This document shows, piece after piece, positions 51,946-62,463 of a stretch of 64,000 nt of DNA (positions are counted from its first letter, which is position 1; each line of letters starts with the position of its first letter). The notes beneath the pieces were generated by a model that was given only the letters and a program-made list of their open reading frames with translations, searched no databases and was not told where the DNA came from. This stretch comes from Octopus sinensis (taxonomy: Eukaryota): NCBI RefSeq assembly GCF_006345805.1, contig NC_042997.1, forward strand, positions 106,206,001-106,270,000, written 5' to 3'. Position numbers and translations under genes: made by a program.

Positions 51946-52670
51946 CAGGGGTTGGACAAAATACTGGAAACATCTTAAAATTTCAAACAAATTTATTTTA
52001 ACATGGGGTTGGACTGTCTTTGGCAGTAAATTACAACTTGAATACTATGAGGCATGGACTTGTACAAAGTTTGAATTGTTTCCAAAGGAATTTTTGTCCA
52101 TTCTTCAACTAAAACAGTCTCCAGTTCTTGTAGTGATGGTGGTGGAGGTTTCGACTCCTTACTTGTTTTTCTAAAATGCACCATAGATGTTCAATGATAT
52201 TGAGATCTGGGGACTGTGGTGGCCAGATAAGATGTTCAACTTCATTAGAATGTTCCTCGTGCCATTCAGTAACAACTTGGTGCATTACCATCCTGAAAGA
52301 TTGCATTTCCCTTCAGAAACAGTTCCGCAACCTTAGGATGAATTTGGTCAGATAAAATGCTTAAATAGTCTTGACTATTAATTCTGCCATGAAGGGAAAC
52401 CATTGGGCCAGCAGATTTTCAAGATATAGCGCCCCCCCCCCCCCCAAACATCACAAATCCTCCTCCATGTTTAACAGTTGGAAGAAGGCTGTCTCTACAT
52501 GTATACTCGGCCAGTGGTTGGAAATAAGGTAAAGGATGACTCGTCCAAGAAAATAACATTCTTCCACTGCTCTTGGAACCAATTCTGTAGGTTTTTACTT
52601 CACTCTAAATGCTTTGCAACATTTGTTTATGAAAGTTGTGGTTTTCTGATTGCAGCCCTCCTGTGAAATC
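51946..52670 (-). mobile_element. Tc1-family transposon 3' fragment with TIR
   Basis: TA-CAGGGGTTGGACAAAATACTGGAAACA terminus; WPPQSPDLNIIEHLW motif and FQDGNAP-like motif. Confidence 0.85.
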
Positions 52671-53146
52671 CAGTGTTGAGGCAAGTGAAATCAAAATCGA
52701 TGACTGGCACCCATGCCAGTGGAGCACTGAGAGCACCGTCCAAACATGATCGTTGCCAGAGCAGCTGACTGGCTTCCATGCCGGTGGCACATAAAAAGCA
52801 CTATTTGTGTGTGATTGTTACCAGCGTCGCCTTATTGGCATGTGAAAAACTATTCGAGTGAGGTCGTTGCTGGTGCTGCTGGACTAGCTCCTGTGCAGGT
52901 GGCACGTAAAAAACACCATTTGACTGTGGCCTTTGCCAGTACCGCCTGACTGGTCCTCATGCCAGTGACACATAAAAGCACCCACTACACTCTCAGAGTG
53001 GTTGGCGTTAGCAAAGGTATCCAGCTATAGAAACTTTGCCAGATCAGATTGGAGCCTAGTGCAGCCATCTGGTTCGCCAGTCCTCAGTCAAAATCGTCCA
53101 ACCCATGCTAGCATGGAAGGCAGACATTAAACGATGATGATGATGT
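52670..53146 (+). mobile_element. Repeat family B, long copy
   Basis: Internal GTGCC/GGCAC units; CCATGCTAGCATGGAAGGCAGACATTAAACGATGATGATG terminus. Confidence 0.8.
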
Positions 53147-53422
53147 ATGTATATATAAATATATATTCACCTCATCCCATGTCTGTATATATGTATGTAT
53201 ATATAAGTATGTATATATTATATATATATATATATATGTTTGTGTGTGTGTGTGTGTATATATATGTCTATATATATCTATGTGTGTGTGTGTGTGTGTA
53301 TATATGTCTGTATATATCTATGTGTGTGTACATGTATATATATATATATATGTGTGTGTGTCTGTGTGTGTGTGCATGTGTATATATATATGCGTGTGTA
53401 TATATATATGTGTGTATATATA

Positions 53423-54608
53423 CTTCGAGCTTACCAGTTCTCAATCAAACCAATGGGCCCCAATTTTGCCAACCTCTTTGTTGGCCACATTGAGGCCCAA
53501 GCATTCTGCCAGTTCTCCAGGCTGACCTCAGAGCTATACGGTCGCTACATAGACGACTGTATAGGTGCCACTTTCCTCTCCCATGAACAACTCTGCCACT
53601 TCATCTCTTTCCTCTCTAACTTCCACCATTCTCTCCAATTCACTTCTACTATCTCTGACATCTCTGTTAACTTCCTCGACATCTCTCTTACCATTGACCA
53701 CCCCTCCCACTCTCACCACCTCTGCCTTCTTCAAACCCACAGATTCTCATCTCTACCTCAACTCCTCCTCCTCCCATCCCTTCCACACCAAACGGGTCAT
53801 CCCCTACTCCCAATTCCTCTGCCTCCAACGCTTGTGCAGCCATGACCAGGATTTTGAGACTCTGTCACAGTACCTGGCCCACCTGTTCAGGCATCAAGGA
53901 TACCCCCAACCCTTGTCCAGAATGCCCTTTCCCATGCTCGTCAAATCGACTCATCACCACTCTTTCTCCTTCCTCTCACCAACGCCCTAACCACACCCCC
54001 TTTCCCCTCCTTTTCCACCCCTCCACTCTACCTCTTCGTTGGAGGATACTACAGGCCTTCTGTCGTCTCCAGCTCGATCCCACCACCCACTTCATTTTCC
54101 CTAACACACCCTTGTCCTCCTTCAAACGCGCCCGGGACCTACATGATCTCCTGGTCCGTAGCACCTTCTCCTATTCCCCCTCAGCCCCACATGGATCCTT
54201 CCCATGCTCCAGATCCCGCTGCAACACCTGCCCCTTCATCACCAACACCACTTCTATCACTGGTTCTAACCAACAAACTGTGTTTATTAGAAATTCCTTC
54301 ACTTGCACTTCTTCTAGCCTCATCTACTACATTAAATGCAACCTCTGTGGGAAGCTTTATGTAGGTTAGACAGGCCGCTGACTGTCCGACCAGTTCACCG
54401 AACATCTAAGGGATGTTCGGCTACGTTCCAACACTCCTGTCGCCCGTCACTTCCGCTTGGCCAACCATTCCCCTCTAACATCTCTGTCTTTGGCCTCGCT
54501 CTACACTATGGATCCCCAGAAACAAGGCTTCACTTGGAACAGCGCTATATCTTCAATTTACAGACCTCTATCCCGCACGGACTTAACACAACCCTCTCTT
54601 CTTATTGA
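53423..54608 (+). mobile_element. Penelope-like element (Neptune-type) ORF remnant: RT + Cys-rich linker + GIY-YIG endonuclease
   Basis: PMGPNFANLFVG; RYIDD (YIDD codons 53546-53557); FLDI; KPTDSHLYL..SS.HP; CSRSRCNTC linker; LIYYIKC..CGKLYVG*TGR*L..F.EH; C-terminal EQRYIFNLQT..PHGLN. Several frameshifts and two nonsense changes; 5' truncated. Confidence 0.9.
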
Positions 54609-54769
54609 TTGCCTCTACACCTCCCGCAACAAGCAACTTTATTTCTTTTCTCATTTTTTATTTCTTACTTGTAATTGCATCTTTTATATTGGATTTACTT
54701 CCTTATATTTTATTGTTTTTATAATTTTTTGTTTTTTTTATTGTTTATAATTTATTGTTTTTATTTCTA

Positions 54770-55720
54770 TATACACGAACACATACACACACATACGTAT
54801 CCACAAACGCACATATACCTCCCACACACCACACACATACAACATACATACATGCACATATACACACACATACTTCCACACATACACACACTTACACAAA
54901 CATACACACACACAGGAATGCACAGATACTATCCCACACAACCCCACGCACACAGGCACACATACCTTTAGACACACTCACATATAAACATACACCACCA
55001 CATACACATACTCAAGCACACACGCGTACACACAACAAAATGGACACAACCTGACACACATCTCCATGTTCACACACACTAGCACAGGTTCGCACATATA
55101 CCTCCAACAAACAATACACATACAGACACACACACAATTATACAGCCATGGGCAAAAACACACACGCACATACACACGCACTTAAGCACACACACGCACA
55201 AGCACATGCACGCACATACACACAGGTACACACATTATGCCTACACAAATCCCCACAAACGCCCCACACACACAACCCACGCACATACGCATACACAAAT
55301 CCACATATACCCCTATACATATATATACACACAATATATGCATACACGCACACACACACATACACATATAGACACACACACACACACACAAACATGCGCA
55401 CACATACGCATGCACACGAATGCACACACCTAACACTCACAACCACATACGCATACACGCACACACATACACATGCACATACGACATGCACACACATACA
55501 CACACACACAAATGAACCCACACATACCTCCCATACACACTCACAATTATACATACATGTATATACACATACAAGCACACACATGCACAAAAGAAAGCAC
55601 AGTTATTCCCCACACACGCAACCACATACATACATACATATACATACACACACTGCAAATAAAACACACACAGAATACATATACATACATGCACACACAC
55701 ATACTTCAAACTACCAGTAC
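54770..55720. repeat. Long degenerate (AC)-rich tract between the Penelope ORF and its hammerhead module
   Basis: Directly visible imperfect (AC/ACAT/GCAC) repeats over ~950 bp. Confidence 0.9.
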
Positions 55721-55991
55721 CTTCCACTGACCATTCTTCTATGCACATGGGTAGGTAGACACAAGAGACACTCCTACTATCATTCTTCCTATGACCTTAA
55801 ACAATACTAAGCCCAACCACACACATAGATTAACAGCCACACACACATACCTCCTTCTCTTGCACTCTCCTGTCTTTGAAAGAACTTTTTCTTCACCCAT
55901 TCCCTTCCGGTCATTCAATATGTGACCGCGTGTGTATCGTTGGCAATTTTTTCCCTCCGTTTTCCATTCCTTGGATCTTTCCTTTTCCTAT

Positions 55992-56026
55992 GTTTCTGAT
56001 GAAGAGCTCCGCTCGAAATGTTAAAT
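55992..56026 (+). ncRNA. Minimal type I hammerhead ribozyme motif downstream of the Penelope ORF
   Basis: GTTT-CTGATGA-A-GAGC-TCC-GCTC-GAAA-TGTT-AAAT; intact CUGAUGA/GAAA core; cleavage triplet GUU. Confidence 0.7.
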
Positions 56027-56589
56027 CCTCCTTATTTCTTTCCTTTCCTGAGCGTCCAATAACACTATACTTGTTCCACGTACTCGCGTTGTTGTTTTCT
56101 CTTTGTGTTTTCATGTTTGGATTAACTTTATATGTGTGTGTATGTGTATACATATCTATGTATAGATAAATATGTGTATAAATATGTATATATAGATATG
56201 AATATGTATATATAAATATGTGTATAAATATGTATATATGTTACGGAGATGTACTCGCATAGCAAGTAATTTGATCTGAGATCGTGTGCTGAAACGAAAA
56301 CAATTGCAGCATGGAAGGTGTTTATAAGCCATTTAAGAAACACACAAAAGCCGTTCGATTCACTCCAACATTTAAGTTTAATTTGTCAAAATATTTTCGT
56401 CGCTTATGTATATATGTATATATATATATATAAATATGTGTATAAATATGTATATATGTATATATATATATATATATGAATGTATGTATTATATATATGT
56501 ATATATATATATGTATATGTGTATATATATATATGTATATGTGTATACATATATGTATATGTACATGTGTATACATATATGTATGTGTG

Positions 56590-56983
56590 TATCAAATTCG
56601 ACGACTGGCATCTGTGCTAGCGGGGTGCAAAGAGCACCATATGAGGGTGATCGTTGACAGAGTGGCTAACTGGCTTCCGTGCCAGCGGCACATAAAAGGG
56701 CACCATTCGAGTGTGATCATTACCAGTGTCGCCTTACTGGCACTTGTGCACGTGCTGGTAGGGTGCCAAGAGCACCATCCAAGTGTGATCGTTGCCAGAG
56801 TAGCCAACTGGATCCTTGCTGGTGGCACGTAAAAGGGCACCATTTGAGCGTGATCGTTACCAACGTCGCCTTACTGGTACCTGTGCCAGTGGCATGTGTA
56901 AAAAGATTTGAGCGAGGTCATTGCCAGTACTGCCTGACTGGCTCCGTGCCGGTGGCACTTAAAAAGCACCCACTACACTCTCG
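56590..56983 (+). mobile_element. Repeat family B copy lacking its 3' tail
   Basis: Internal repeat units end abruptly at CACTACACTCTCGG, at the LINE junction. Confidence 0.75.
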
Positions 56984-59650
56984 GGTTCTGTATTGCCTGT
57001 GAAACTTTTGTATCATCTGCATAACTTGTGATCGTGACTCTCTGCGTGGCTGAGGGCATGTCTGAGAGGGCCATTATGAACAGTAGTGGTCCCAAAACAG
57101 TGCCCTGCGGAACACCGCTCACTATTTGCATGTTAATGGCTACTACCACCTGACTTCTATTCTTCAGAAAGTCATGAAGCCATTCTCCCAATTTTCCAAC
57201 TATGCCAAGATCACACAGTTTGTGACATATCATTCCATGATCGACTTTATCAAAGGCTTTTGCAAAGTCGAGATATATCACTTCCACATTTGAGTGGTTG
57301 AGCAGTTGTTTCAGCACCCAGTCATAGTGTTGTAGGAGCTGAGTTAAGCAGCTTCTTCCTGGTCGGAAACCATGTTGGGTGTCAGGCAGCAAGTCATTTT
57401 CTTCAAGGAAGGTGATTAGTTTCCTTCTGACTATTCGTTCCATGACCTTGCTGATGTGTGAGGTCAGAGAGATAGGTCTGTAGTTCTTGGCCTCCGCTCT
57501 GCTACCTCCTTTATGAATAGGGCATATTTTACCTTCCTTCAGTTTTCTTGGAAGTTTGCCAGTTGCAAGGAAGCTCTGAAAGAGAGACTGCAGTGGTCTT
57601 GCTAGGACTCTCTTACATACTTTTAGAAGGATTGCCGGGAATCCATCAGGGCCAGTAGCTGAGTTTGTTTTCATCTCATCTATAGCCTTTATTACATCGT
57701 CTTCCTTTATATTGATGTAATCAATCATCGCCGCCTCTGACCCCATATCTGCAGTGGTGAAGAAGTCAGTTGGATTGCTGATTTGGATTTCCTGTGAGTG
57801 TGCCATCCCCTTCAAGGAGTGGCCCTATCCTACAGTGCACCGTAGCTGTTTCTTTGGCATACCTGTAGAAAGCTCTGGGGTTAGATTTTATGTTGTCTAT
57901 AGCCCAGGCTTTTGTCTGCTCTTTCCTTTTCATGGGAGAGTTGCAGACATTTTTCAATTTCCAACAGTTTCATTTTCAGGCGGGACTTTTCACTGCTTTC
58001 AATTTGTTTGTTTAGGTGATTTGAGATTTTTGTACGCCGTCTCATTAGAATTTTCCTCTCTCTGGGGATTTTGTTCTTGTGTACAGTGCCCTTTCTCTCT
58101 GGGACACATTTGTAGCATATGGCTTGCATTACAGACATGAATTGTTGAAGTTTCATGTCGATGTCTGGCGAGGAGAGACATTCAGGCCAGTTTTGTTTGA
58201 GGATCTCTTTCTCAATTTGTTTCCAGTTTGCCTTATTGAAGTTCAAGCTGGAAAGATTCTGAGAGTTTCTTGTAGGCTGCATGTCCATGCTTTCCTTTGG
58301 CCCGTACATGGTCAGCTCTACCATGTTGTGATCCGAGAGTAGTGTCAGTGTCACTTTCACATTATGGATGAGATCCATATTATTTGTGAAGCAGAGATCC
58401 AGTGTGTTACCTGCCCTGGTTGGTTGGAGTATTACTTGCTCCATGTACAGGGTGTTGATGATGTTCAGGAGGGACCTCGCCTGTCCTTGTTCACATCCTG
58501 TCATTCCTGGGAGAGAAAGGCCCTCGGGCCATCTGACATTGGGTAGATTGAAGTCTCCCATGAGAAGTACACTTATGTGTTGTTCTAGTGTGACTAGAAC
58601 TTCTTCTATTTTTATAAGGCAGTCTTCAAACTTGCCCATAGGGCTTGGGGCATCTGGAGGGCGATATGTAGCACACACAACTACACCAAGTTGCCTTACA
58701 TGTACAATTAGTGTGTCACACACCGAGTTTGAGTATGACAAAAGGACCTGGGGTGTGAGGTCCTCACAGATGTACATAGCAACTCCTCCATGACTCCTTT
58801 CTTTTCTGTCGGTCCATAGTACAACATACTGTGGTATGTGTAATTCCACATCCGCTATGTCTGGTTTCAGGTGTGTTTCCGTAAGTGCTATGCATAAGGC
58901 TTGATTGCATGCAACAAAGTCTCTCAAGAACGGGATTTTTGTCCTGTTACTGTGTGTTAATAGTCCTCTGATGTTCAGTAGGAGCATCGAGGTGAGGTGT
59001 ATGCTGTTGCCGGTGGTGTCCACCTTGGGTCTATTTGCAGTGGTGGTCTTGTGAACTGTGGATAGTCCCATCTGCGAGCTTGAGTTTGATGGAGCCAGGT
59101 TAGCTGCTGTACAATCTTTTGTGCCATGCACAAAAAGGATTCTTGTTCAGCAGCTGCCCTTTCAACAACACGTTGGCGGTTTGTGGCACGCACCACATCT
59201 GTGTACCTCCGTTTTGGGGCAGGTGGTGCGTGGTCCATCTCTTTTCCTTTCGGTAGTTGGTTTCTGACCTGTTTCGTGTCTCTGCGGCAGGGTCCCGGAT
59301 GTGCAAAACGGCAGCCTGCACCTTCCTCTCCATGCCAGCAGGCACCTCTCAGGTAGAACCTACACACCCGTGTGCGCTGTTTGTTTCCATCCTTTTTGGT
59401 ATATGGATAGTCAGGTTTGCTTCTATCCTTGGCTGTTTCATTTTTTGGTTTTGCCTGAGTTTTAGCTTTAGTTTTTCCTCCTTTTTTGGTTCTTTCATCT
59501 CCATGGCTTTTGGTGCTGGTAGGAGCACTTGCATTTGGGTTTACTTCCCGGGCAGGTTTCTCACTGGAGTTTTCTTCCTGAGTGTCTACCAGGTGGGGGT
59601 GACTTTTTTCATCAGCACCCGCGTCTCCATCCTTGCCATCTTTACTTTGT
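56984..59650 (-). mobile_element. CR1-group LINE: ORF1 with CCCH zinc finger, APE endonuclease, RT (frameshifted, 3' end missing)
   Basis: ORF1 CRFYLRGACWHGEEGAGCRFAH; APE motifs LNIRGL, ALTETHL, HGGVAMY, YRPP, GDFNLP, PTR..NTLDL; RT motifs ATGPDG, NYRPISLTS, QHGFRPGRSC, LDFAKAFDKVDH, SGVPQGTVLGP, YADD. Confidence 0.92.
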
Positions 59651-60628
59651 TTGCTGTCAAATATATATATATATATATTTGTATATATACACACTGTACT
59701 GTTCCATTGTTAGTAGGCACAGCTAAAAAAGTACTCAATCCAACAACAGATAAGTATTATATTATAAACTCAGGATTTATATGTGAGCTGCAGATAGTAC
59801 AGTAACTGGATGGGCTTATATGTCGTGTACTTTACTCCAATCAGCCCATCTGATGACTGTACTGTTTGCGGCCCTGTGTTTATTAAATGATATATAAGTA
59901 TATGATTGTTTGTGGATATGAATATAGAAACAGACAGGCAGAGACCTTTTGATTATTTTTAATTATTTAGTTCCATAGAGAACTAAAAACAGTAATTATT
60001 TTGTGTTACTAGGTCACTTTCAGGACACATGGGAAGAAATTACACCTAAATGACTTATTTATTGAAAATTTGTTTGTTACTACATATGTGTAAACAGACA
60101 TTCATATGCCAAAATCACAGACTTGATGACATGTTTTTGTTTAGAGTTTAGAAATCTTCAGTTAGAATCCAAATTCAACTAGGAATACAAGTGATCACTC
60201 TTTTAATGTTTACTGTTATCATTGTCAGTTTTTGTGTTAACACCATTTAGTTGCAAACAGCTGTATGAATTATTTAAAGAAGTTCTGTTTCAGAAGAGAG
60301 ATGGCATTAAAAACAAAAAAGAAAAAGAATTATAGGTGGAGACACATCAAATTAATGTCATAGATGAAAGATAGTCTTGTTGGCAAGGAAACATTAAAAG
60401 TAAATGCTTTTAGATTTTCAAAATGGCAGCCTTTGAGATAGCAAACGTCTTCCAATATTAAATTTCACTTTACATTGAAAATTCTTATAGAACAGGGCTA
60501 AAGGTTGCATCCTGTAATAGTTTGGAGGGCATTTGAGTTGTGACAGTGTGCCTCACAGTGGTCAGTGGCATGATAAAATGTACCAAGTCCATGCTGTAAA
60601 GTGTTTGGTAGTGGAAAGAGCATCCAGC

Positions 60629-60895
60629 CTAAGAGTTGCTGAAGCATGGAACAGACTGCCGGCATCAGTTGTTAGTTGTCGGAGCACTGCATCCTTCAAA
60701 ACTTCCATGCTTCCTGAGATTTGCTAACACTACACCTGATTTTCTCCCATCCATACACACGCAAGCATGTATCTGACTCATACACTGTTCACTTTCCAGA
60801 CATTTGTACATTACTGCATATTCTTTATATGCACTTTTGACAAGTTCTGGTTCACCTGAGCACTGTATACAATAATTTCATTATTATTATTATTA
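60629..60895 (+). mobile_element. CR1-group LINE extreme 3' end with (ATT)n tail, fused to a family-B-like segment (~60540-60628)
   Basis: RVAEAWNRLPASVVSCRSTASFK motif followed by a UTR and ATTATTATTATT. Confidence 0.75.
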
Positions 60896-62319
60896 AAACA
60901 GTGCCAAAAATATAAAATAATTCAATACATTAATAAAGCCTAATGGCATACACAGGACTTACCATGCTAGTACTGTACCCACTAGTGGGGTGGTTAGATT
61001 GAAACATCTGATCAGATGTAAAATCCCCTCAACTATCATCAAGCATTTGTGCACTTTCTTTGTGGTACAAAGAGAATTGACCTTGAGGATCATCAATCCT
61101 TCCACCACCAGAAATTCAGGGTTACAACTATCAATGTTTGTGCAATGTAAGGAAGATTTGGTGAAATATAAAGATACTGTATGCAAGAAGTAAAACGTGT
61201 GCACATTTAAGTTTATGTTGATAATGTATTTAACCCTTTTGAAACACATGGTGTTTTGGTATGTGTAGCTAAAAAGACCAACATTTTTTTCTGTTGAGAT
61301 TGATGTTGATGGGTGCATGTAGAAAACAAAGGATAAGGTGCCTAAAACTATTTTATTAGTATGTAAAACTATATATATATTATATAGTTTTATTTTTTTA
61401 TCTACTGAAAGACGATCTCTTATTGGCTATTACACTTCAAAATGTTTGTTTCTGATGGCTGATGGATTGGATTCAAAGTCCCGTCAGCCTGTATCACTTG
61501 CAATGACCTAGTGAATTAATTTCACTTATGAAGACCTGGGTCGTAACATTAACTTTTCTGACATGACCTATGTTGTATTTTATTATTCATAATTCTTCAC
61601 CTTACCTATGTATTCTGTTAACAATCCTTTATAAGTTGACTTATACTGCTATATATCAAGATAGTCCATCCTTATCTGACCAATGCCTTTTGTTATTATG
61701 GAATTGGTGTACCATTAAGGAGTGTAACAATTGCATAGGAAGTAAATCAAATTGTAGTAAATTATAGACCTTTCTGATCTGTGGTTTCAATATATTTTAA
61801 TAACAAAATTCTTTCTATTTTAACTCATGTCATGTGTAAACATGAACATATCTGATCTTACACCAATTAGTTCTGACACAAGATCTTACAAAACAGTCTA
61901 CAATATATGTATGTACTTATGGTGGGGTCTATATACATTATATATACATATCCATATATAGACCTTACTAGTCTCATGCAACATAGCTGTTTGTAATTTG
62001 ATTTTACTACGCACATTTATGTTCTTTTATGATTATTTATTTCTGGCCTGTGTATGTTCCAAGCACGATTTTGTTTGAGATTATTATAGAATGTGAACAA
62101 GAAAAACACAAGGAAAATTCTTTTACATATTTATATTCCTCTAATTCTCTTCTGTTTTTTTTTTCTCTTTCCTGCTCATCTCCTTTTCATTCCATAACTT
62201 TGTTTGGACTGAAAACAAACTCGGTATGCCAGCTCAGTCTATCATCCTTCCAAAGTGAAATGCATCTTTGATTGCTTGTGTTTGTGATTCCCTTATTTTG
62301 TTAGTGTGATGTTTTGCAG

Positions 62320-62463
62320 GCATCTGAAAAAGACACATCTGACGGTGCTCCATCTGGTATCAGAAGCGTTAAGGACCAAGCCAAACATCTGAACAAACTA
62401 CAATCAGAAAGTGACCTGCAGAAACTAACTAGCCGAAAGCATGACAAATCAAAATCTGACAAA
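62320..62463 (+). CDS. sowah: Sowah coding exon 4 (gene continues beyond the window)
   Basis: Acceptor TTTTGCAG; 144 nt, phase 0-0, ASEKDTSDGAPSGIRSVKDQAKHLNKLQSESDLQKLTSRKHDKSKSDK; donor GTAAGC. Assigned by phase, strand and composition; ankyrin repeats are not reached in this window. Confidence 0.72.

Noticed and set aside
56640-56983. Regularly spaced palindromic repeats resembling a CRISPR array
   Set aside because: Eukaryotic context; the 'spacers' are homologous to each other and to other family-B copies; no cas genes.
62029-62271. Hydrophobic ORF, and its similar partner at 63669-63854, as small membrane proteins
   Set aside because: T-rich DNA yields F/L/S/I-rich peptides by default, and the reading frame is not maintained across the upstream part of the two duplicate blocks.
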